This document shows, one piece after another, positions 57,822-64,000 of a DNA stretch of 64,000 nucleotides. The notes beneath the pieces were generated by a model. That model was not told where the DNA came from. It searched no databases and saw only the letters and a list, made by a program, of their open reading frames with translations. The stretch covers positions 4,879 to 68,878 of the forward strand of contig JBJOOR010000017.1 in NCBI GenBank assembly GCA_046051225.1. The letters run 5' to 3'. Position 1 is the stretch's first letter. Every line of letters begins with the position of its first letter. Both the position numbers and the translations under genes were made by a program. This DNA comes from Bacteroidota bacterium. GTDB lineage: Bacteria > Bacteroidota > Bacteroidia > Chitinophagales > CAIODY01.

Positions 57822-58163
57822 GCTAAAAGATTAATGAGTGGTATAACATCTTTAATTCAATTTTATTGTGTGCTGATTTTTATTGTTGTTCAGGCTAAGT
57901 AAGTGGAAATAAGCTTTGATAAAATTTGATGATTGACAAAGGAAGATTGCCGAACAATTCGGCAAAAACGACACTACTTCTTGTTTTGTTACCAAGCTAT
58001 TGGTTAAAGTTTATCCATCATTTTTTAAGATTATAAAATGGTTTTGGATGTTATATAATGATTTTACAAGCTTGGTACAATTGGAAAATATTTACGAAGT
58101 AAAAAATAGACTTATATTTTAAAACTAACTAAGAAAAATTGCTTCTCATAATATTTTGAAATT

Positions 58164-58811
58164 CTACGCCTCATTTTCAATCACTTTTTCTTCTTGTTTT
58201 TGGGAAAAAAATTTAGTTTGAAATAAAAGAATAGCAATTACCCCACAAGTGATTGCAGAATCGGCTACATTAAAAATGGCATCAAAAAAAGCAAAATATT
58301 TTCCACCCCAAAATGGAATCCAATTGGGTAAATAGCCTTCCCACAAAGGAAAATAAAGCATATCAACTACCTTGCCTTGCAAAAATGGAGCATAGCCCCC
58401 ACCCTTCGGAAATAATGTAGCTATCTGAAAAGGTGTGCTTTCAGAAAAAATTAAACCAAAATAAATACTATCTAAAATATTGCCAACAGCACCAGCAAAA
58501 ATGGCACTCATACAAATGATAAAACCTATATGCAAATTATTTTTTATTGATTTATAAATGAAAAAATAGAAGATAGATGCCGATGCAATTATCCTGAATA
58601 CAGATAATAATAATTTACCCCAAACACCTTCTAACTCTAAACCAAATGCCATTCCTTTGTTTTCGATAAAGTGTAATTGAAACCAATTAGTAAATTGAAC
58701 TTCATCGCCAATTTTAAAATTTGTTTTAATATAAATTTTTAAAAACTGGTCTATCAACAATACCATGAAAATGGTAAGCAATGCAAACTGAAATTTTTTA
58801 TTTTTTAACAT
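58164..58811 (-). CDS. lspA: lipoprotein signal peptidase (signal peptidase II)
   Basis: ENKGMAFGL and FNVADSAI motifs with four TM segments. ATG at 58811 is preferred over the TTG at 58817. Confidence 0.88.
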   Translation of the reverse strand: MLKNKKFQFALLTIFMVLLIDQFLKIYIKTNFKIGDEVQFTNWFQLHFIENKGMAFGLELEGVWGKLLLSVFRIIASASIFYFFIYKSIKNNLHIGFIICMSAIFAGAVGNILDSIYFGLIFSESTPFQIATLFPKGGGYAPFLQGKVVDMLYFPLWEGYLPNWIPFWGGKYFAFFDAIFNVADSAITCGVIAILLFQTKFFSQKQEEKVIENEA

Positions 58812-58884
58812 TTGCAAATATAAAAAATAATAAAGCTTTGCCGATAGTGTAGCAAAGCTTTATTGATAATTAATATTAAATTAG

Positions 58885-58922
58885 CAAAAAAAGCCCCGAT
58901 AAAATGTATCGGGGCTTTTTTA
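58885..58922 (-). terminator. rho-independent terminator after the 58938-61019 gene (symmetric A/T flanks, could act in both directions)
   Basis: 10-bp stem AGCCCCGATA / TATCGGGGCT flanked by A7 and T6. Confidence 0.8.
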
Positions 58923-58937
58923 AAATAGCTAAAACAA

Positions 58938-61019
58938 TTAATGATTTACAACTACACTTCTTGTAAACGAATTGTGATGCGAATCAGTTAATGAAATATT
59001 GTAAATGCCTGAAGGCAATTTTGCAACATCAAACTCTAACACATTTTTACCTTCCACTAAATTCACATTCTTATTTTCATAAGTTGCGCCTTTTTCATCA
59101 ATCAATGTTATTACTGCATAATCGGCAGTGTTCATATTAATACCCATTGATAATACATTACTAACAGGGTTAGGATATACATTAATATTATCAATAGATT
59201 TTACTAAACTATAGATACCAGCTGGATCGGCAGGGGTTAAGTTTTTAGGATAATTAGAATTGTGAACCAATTTAGTAGCAGATTGAATCCAAGCCACAAA
59301 ACTTAAATCTTTCCAATGTTCAACCGAATTTTCAGTAGTGTTGTTAATCACATTAGCCGATTGCCCATCGCTTGGCAAACGATAATTGCCATTAAATGTG
59401 TAGCTTACTGATAAGCTATCCCATGCACCAGCAGCCAATGTGCCAATTGAAGTACCATTTTCATTTGGCAACATTTTTTTCATTACATGATAAAATTTAG
59501 TTTCGCCATTGGTTTTAATATTTTTTTGTGTTACTTTTTCAATTATTCCAATGTATAATTTATCGGTAGAAGCATTGAATAATGGAGAATATTTAACTTT
59601 AACTGAATACGATTTATTCACAGTATCCATATAAAATGTACCGCTAATTTTATAGTTAGCTGGTATGCTTCTAGAACTTTGATATAATGGATAAGTAAAC
59701 GAATTGGCATTACCATCCCATCCACCATCAATTTCCATTCGTGGAATAGAGTTGATAGCATAATATGCACGGCGGTTTACACTTTCTGTAGTTGCATAAG
59801 GATCGCCAGTGCCAGGAAAATCTTGTTGGAATTTGATATAACAAAAATTGTTTTGATTTACAGTATCTAAAATATTATGAAAGTTGGTATTACCAGGCGC
59901 ACAAGGCGGACAGGTAGAGCTTGTAAATACTTCATACAATGGCACACGTTGAACCAATTCAGATAATACATTAACTGTTTTTGTATAATAGTCATTAGAT
60001 GGATTTGCATCTACGTGGCTACCATTTAAATTAGTTGCTTTAGCAGCTACTGTGTATACGCCAACAGCAGTTGGTGTCCAATTAGTAGGATGTGTGAAAG
60101 CATAATGAGCAAACGGAGCAATATTTAATCCAGTTAAGGTAGATGTAACAGCTGTACCGCCATTAATACCATAATTAATATCTAACGAAGTAATAGTAGC
60201 AGTACCTAAATTAAATATATCACCCGTAATTGATGTAGCACCTAATGCAACATAAGTAGGTGTAGTAATATTTGTAACTGATAAATCGTAAGCTGGTTGT
60301 GTACCAAATATAAATTGGTAATAAGCATTATCTACAGGCGTAGGATCAGCACCTGCTAATGCTACTAAATTAGGCGATGTAGCTACTGAATATGCAGTAG
60401 AAGAATTTACTTGAACACCAGCCGATACATTTTTTGCACCAGCATAGCCACCTGTTCTATTATCTACTAAATAGATATTATTAGTAGTTTCTTCAACCAC
60501 AATACTCCAATAACAAAAGTTGCTACCATCCGATGCAGTAGCGCCATAACCATAAGAACTAAATTGAATCCAGAACTGACGATTAGGAGCTGTACCAAAT
60601 GTTTTTGACACAATATTATCGTTAGCACCTAAACCACCCAAACCCCAAATACAAATAGAGCTATCAGGAATGGAAACATCTGGCAAAGCAGCTTTAGTGT
60701 ACGAAGGAGCAGCCATTGCAGTATGAGCCGAAAAAGTTAATACACCAGATGATGATACTTTAAATTGAGTAACAGCCGAACCATTAAACGAAAATGCAAA
60801 AGGTAAAGTTTGAATTGGCGACCAATTAGGCACAGAATTAGAAGCCCCCAACACAGTAACCCAACCTGCTGGCAATCCGCCACCACTTGGATATTCAACA
60901 TCAGAATTAAGGTTGCCAGGATTAATACCAGGGCTGGTGAATGGAACATAATAGTACTGCGCATTGGCAAAAAAACCGAATGCCATAAACAGGGTAAGAA
61001 ATAGTAATGTTTTTTTCAT
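58938..61019 (-). CDS. secreted protein with an internal thioredoxin-like CPPC motif and T9SS C-terminal sorting domain
   Basis: Signal peptide MKKTLLFLTLFMAFGFFANAQ. PLYEVFTSSTCPPCAPGN resembles the E-x-FT-x3-C-x2-C block of Omp28/thioredoxin-fold surface proteins. C-terminus NVYPNPVSNVLSMGIN...SGIYNISLTD. Confidence 0.75.
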   Translation of the reverse strand: MKKTLLFLTLFMAFGFFANAQYYYVPFTSPGINPGNLNSDVEYPSGGGLPAGWVTVLGASNSVPNWSPIQTLPFAFSFNGSAVTQFKVSSSGVLTFSAHTAMAAPSYTKAALPDVSIPDSSICIWGLGGLGANDNIVSKTFGTAPNRQFWIQFSSYGYGATASDGSNFCYWSIVVEETTNNIYLVDNRTGGYAGAKNVSAGVQVNSSTAYSVATSPNLVALAGADPTPVDNAYYQFIFGTQPAYDLSVTNITTPTYVALGATSITGDIFNLGTATITSLDINYGINGGTAVTSTLTGLNIAPFAHYAFTHPTNWTPTAVGVYTVAAKATNLNGSHVDANPSNDYYTKTVNVLSELVQRVPLYEVFTSSTCPPCAPGNTNFHNILDTVNQNNFCYIKFQQDFPGTGDPYATTESVNRRAYYAINSIPRMEIDGGWDGNANSFTYPLYQSSRSIPANYKISGTFYMDTVNKSYSVKVKYSPLFNASTDKLYIGIIEKVTQKNIKTNGETKFYHVMKKMLPNENGTSIGTLAAGAWDSLSVSYTFNGNYRLPSDGQSANVINNTTENSVEHWKDLSFVAWIQSATKLVHNSNYPKNLTPADPAGIYSLVKSIDNINVYPNPVSNVLSMGINMNTADYAVITLIDEKGATYENKNVNLVEGKNVLEFDVAKLPSGIYNISLTDSHHNSFTRSVVVNH

Positions 61020-61071
61020 GATTAAATATTTTATTTATTGGATTGCTAAGTTATACTTTTTTGGTATGAAA

Positions 61072-61110
61072 CAAAAAAAGCGAATAGAAATTTATTCCTA
61101 TTCGCTTTTA
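61072..61110 (-). terminator. rho-independent terminator after sucC
   Basis: 9-bp stem AGCGAATAG / CTATTCGCT. On the minus strand it is followed by T7. Confidence 0.75.
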
Positions 61111-61130
61111 ATTATTACTAATTAAATAAA

Positions 61131-62342
61131 TTAATTTAACGCTGCCTTTACTAATGTAGCCGCTTCTTCTAATTGGATAGCCGATTGAACTTTTAGTCCC
61201 GATTTTTCTATTAATTCTTTTGCAGCTTCAGCATTTGTGCCTTGCAAACGAACAATGATAGGCACTTTTATTTCGCCAATATTATTGTAAGCATCTACCA
61301 CACCTTGAGCTACTCTATCACAACGAACAATACCACCAAATATATTTACCAATATGGCTTTTACATTAGGGTCTTTTAAAATAATTCTAAATCCAGCTTC
61401 TACTGTGGTAGCATTTGCCGAACCGCCTACATCTAAAAAGTTGGCAGGTTCGCCACCGCTTAATTTAATCATATCCATAGTAGCCATGGCTAAGCCTGCG
61501 CCATTAACCATACAACCTACATTGCCATCTAATTTTACAAAATTCAAATTGTATTCGCCAGCTTCTACTTCGGTAGCATCTTCTTCCGAAACATCTCTCA
61601 TCGCTCCAATATCTGAATGGCGCATTAAAGCATTATCATCCAAATTCATTTTACAATCAACGGCAATAATTTTATCATCAGCTGTTTTGAATAATGGATT
61701 TATTTCTAACATTGCACAATCTAAACTTACATAAGCAGTATATAAATTGCTTACAAATTTTACACACGATTTAAATGCTTCGCCACTTAATCCTAAATTA
61801 AATGCAATTTTACGAGCTTGAAAGCCAGCTAATGGTGCACCTGGCTGAACCCATTCTTTAAATATTTTTTCAGGTGTATTATGCGCTACTTCTTCAATAT
61901 CCATTCCACCCTCGGTGCTATACATAATTACATTTTTACCTTCTGTTCTATCTAATAAGATAGATAAATAAAATTCGGCAATTGGCGATGGACCACTATA
62001 GTAAGAATCTTTAGCTACAAATATTTTATTTACCACTTTACCAGCAGCACCTGTTTGAATAGTTACCAATGTACCACCTAATAAATTGGTAGCAATTGTT
62101 TTTACATCTTCGGCACTTTTAGCTACTTGTACACCACGTTGTTCGGTACCTACTATTTTACCTTTTCCTCTGCCACCTGCATGTATTTGAGCTTTAACTA
62201 CTGCAAATTTAGAATTGGTACTTTTACTTATTTCGTTATAAGCATTTATAGCTTCATCAACTGTAATGCAGGCAAAACCTTCTTGAACTGGAACGTCGAA
62301 TCGTTGCAATAATGCTTTGGCTTGATATTCGTGTAAATTCAT
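61131..62342 (-). CDS. sucC: succinate--CoA ligase (ADP-forming) subunit beta
   Basis: MNLHEYQAKALL N-terminus, ATP-grasp domain, and CoA-ligase C-terminal domain (NIFGGIVRCD). Confidence 0.95.
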   Translation of the reverse strand: MNLHEYQAKALLQRFDVPVQEGFACITVDEAINAYNEISKSTNSKFAVVKAQIHAGGRGKGKIVGTEQRGVQVAKSAEDVKTIATNLLGGTLVTIQTGAAGKVVNKIFVAKDSYYSGPSPIAEFYLSILLDRTEGKNVIMYSTEGGMDIEEVAHNTPEKIFKEWVQPGAPLAGFQARKIAFNLGLSGEAFKSCVKFVSNLYTAYVSLDCAMLEINPLFKTADDKIIAVDCKMNLDDNALMRHSDIGAMRDVSEEDATEVEAGEYNLNFVKLDGNVGCMVNGAGLAMATMDMIKLSGGEPANFLDVGGSANATTVEAGFRIILKDPNVKAILVNIFGGIVRCDRVAQGVVDAYNNIGEIKVPIIVRLQGTNAEAAKELIEKSGLKVQSAIQLEEAATLVKAALN

Positions 62343-62517
62343 TTTTAATAATTATTTATTGATGCCAAACATAATGCAACTAAATTGATTACACAAATTG
62401 TAGGAATAATAATTATCAAAATCATTATTGTTGAATAATTTTTATCGTACAATAAAAAACTTTTTTTTATTATTATTAACTTAGCGTTTTAGTATTTATA
62501 TCAATCTAGAATAAACT

Positions 62518-63420
62518 ATGCGATTACTAATTTTTGTTGTTTTAATTTTCATTTCAATTATTTCAAATGCCCAGCCCATAGGCATTTTAAAGCCAATCAA
62601 CACTTTTAATATTGATATTGATGATACCATTCCTCATATTGATATTAAAAATTGGGTAGGTAAAAAATTATTATTTCTGAAAATTATTGATTCAAAACAG
62701 ATGTACGATTATGTTTCATTTACTGGTGGCGATGGTTTTAATGGCAGACCTAAATATGCAGATTGCGTAGACCAAACGGCTACCGTATTAAGCGTAAAAA
62801 ACGATAGTTTGATGCCCAACGAATATATAGTAAAAATAAAAATGAATACTAAAACGGGCAATGTATATTATGGTCGAACATATAATGGAAGCCTTACCCG
62901 TGTGGTATTAGAAGATGATATCGATAAGGCTGAAAAATTATTAAAAGGTAAAATTTTTTGGATGAAAGTAGATTACATGTATATTTTTAATCAACGAAAA
63001 GAACGCAATGAAATTAAATATGGTTTTAGATTTAAAAAAGTTAAAGCAAATCATTTTGAAATTGGATACGATGATAATGCCTTGTATTTATTAACATTAA
63101 CTGATGAAATGGGCGAAACTGGCAGTGTATATGTAAATGTAAGCAATAACAATATAGACAATACCATGTATTACTCAAATTTGCCAAGTAAATTTTTTTA
63201 TAAAAAAGACCCTCGAAAAATATATAATTGGCAAGAAAATATTTGGCAAGCGATTGAAGCAAGAGAAATTTATAAGGGTATGACTAGTGAGCAAGCACAA
63301 CTTAGTTGGGGCGATGCCGATTATAAAACAAAAACAAAAGATGGAACTTTGAAATATAAATTTAATAACGGAAGCTATTACCTAATTAAAGATGGAAAAG
63401 TAACTGATATTAAACAATAA
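62518..63420 (+). CDS. secreted hypothetical protein
   Basis: 300 aa with signal peptide MRLLIFVVLIFISIISNAQ. No motif recognised. Confidence 0.55.
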   Translation: MRLLIFVVLIFISIISNAQPIGILKPINTFNIDIDDTIPHIDIKNWVGKKLLFLKIIDSKQMYDYVSFTGGDGFNGRPKYADCVDQTATVLSVKNDSLMPNEYIVKIKMNTKTGNVYYGRTYNGSLTRVVLEDDIDKAEKLLKGKIFWMKVDYMYIFNQRKERNEIKYGFRFKKVKANHFEIGYDDNALYLLTLTDEMGETGSVYVNVSNNNIDNTMYYSNLPSKFFYKKDPRKIYNWQENIWQAIEAREIYKGMTSEQAQLSWGDADYKTKTKDGTLKYKFNNGSYYLIKDGKVTDIKQ

Positions 63421-63423
63421 AAA

Positions 63424-63792
63424 TTACAATGTTTTTCGAAGATAAAAGCCTGAAAGCATTGCCATTGCTGCTACAATCCCACCAATAAAAGAATTTACTA
63501 TCATTAATAATACTACCCACTGATGTTTAAAAAACAAGATACTTAATCGATTGGCTAATATGGAATGATTATTTTGATTGATAAAAAATATCATAATAAA
63601 CCATAATAGAAAAACAGCTATAAAACCAAGTAAAAAAACAGGAAATGCAGATTTACTTTTATACAAAAAACCTACAATAAAAGTAGGAATGGCTAATGTA
63701 TACCAAGGCAACCACCATTGCATTAATAAAACTAAAACAGCTATAAGTAAAATAAAAAAAAAGTTTCTCATACAATCATTTAACGATTTCAA
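63424..63792 (-). CDS. small polytopic membrane protein
   Basis: 122 aa with four hydrophobic segments. Confidence 0.55.
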   Translation of the reverse strand: MKSLNDCMRNFFFILLIAVLVLLMQWWLPWYTLAIPTFIVGFLYKSKSAFPVFLLGFIAVFLLWFIMIFFINQNNHSILANRLSILFFKHQWVVLLMIVNSFIGGIVAAMAMLSGFYLRKTL

Positions 63793-63902
63793 AAGTAGGA
63801 ATATTCATTTAAAATTTTCAATCAAAAATAATATTCTGAAATAAATCCTCCTTAGTTCTCACTATCAAAAATAATATTAACCATATTTGAAAAAATAAAT
63901 TC

Positions 63903-64000
63903 ATGATTTCAGTTCAAAATTTAGTAAAATCTTTTCCCGAAAAACGTAAAAGTATTTTTTCGAAAAAAGAGGAAATACAAACATCTACTACACGAAAAAA
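63903..64000 (+). CDS. partial CDS (5' end only), likely ABC transporter ATP-binding protein
   Basis: MISVQNLVKSFPEKRK... is the typical ABC ATPase N-terminal strand. Truncated by the window edge. Confidence 0.45.
   Translation, partial: MISVQNLVKSFPEKRKSIFSKKEEIQTSTTRK

Noticed and set aside
58832-58861. 10-bp-stem hairpin AAAGCTTTGC...GCAAAGCTTT and a TATATTTG box (58815-58822) just upstream of lspA.
   Set aside because: The -7-like box ends only 3 nt before ATG 58811, so the geometry fits only a leaderless transcript. The hairpin could equally be a second terminator for the upstream gene. Too ambiguous to call.

Overview
AT-rich Bacteroidota chromosomal segment; G+C was judged by eye, not computed. 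The phylum call rests on four proteins with T9SS (Por) C-terminal sorting domains, TAnnTTTG -7 promoter boxes just upstream of several starts, the bamD-rpoZ pair, Bacteroidota-style parE/parC, and the lack of Shine-Dalgarno sequences.

The backbone is housekeeping:
- hbd, thiG, aroC and a polyprenyl synthase
- parE/parC, dnaX, mreBCD and rlmN
- pdhB, serC, rpoZ, bamD, lspA and sucC
- an hscA-like Hsp70, a POT peptide transporter, a penicillin/AHL-acylase family protein and a TolC plus adaptor efflux pair

No rRNA, intact tRNA, CRISPR array, transposase or reverse transcriptase was recognised.

The interesting content is a set of small accessory insertions:
1. At the left edge, a tyrosine integrase abuts a 5'-truncated tRNA-Leu(UAA). 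This marks the right boundary of an integrated element carrying very AT-rich unknown cargo. higBA sits just outside it.
2. Two single-gene cassettes are each flanked by a direct repeat that duplicates the 3' end of the upstream essential gene (parC and hscA). In the hscA case the orphan copy differs almost only at synonymous sites, and the repeat spans the tail-to-tail junction with the convergent osmC-family gene.
3. A four-helix-bundle (23S rRNA IVS-protein / Avd-like) gene lies between parE and parC, bracketed by a perfect 21-bp inverted repeat.
4. A tandem array of a two-gene unit (small secreted protein plus putative OM beta-barrel) has a ~127-bp near-identical junction repeat, divergent gene bodies, truncated end copies and a homopolymer frameshift.
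5. There is a 42-bp phased palindrome array, a non-canonical nucleotidyltransferase two-gene module, a vapBC-like pair, and an orphan LuxR response regulator next to a 13-14-repeat RCC1 protein.

All functional calls come from reading the translated ORFs and motifs. No database search was run.
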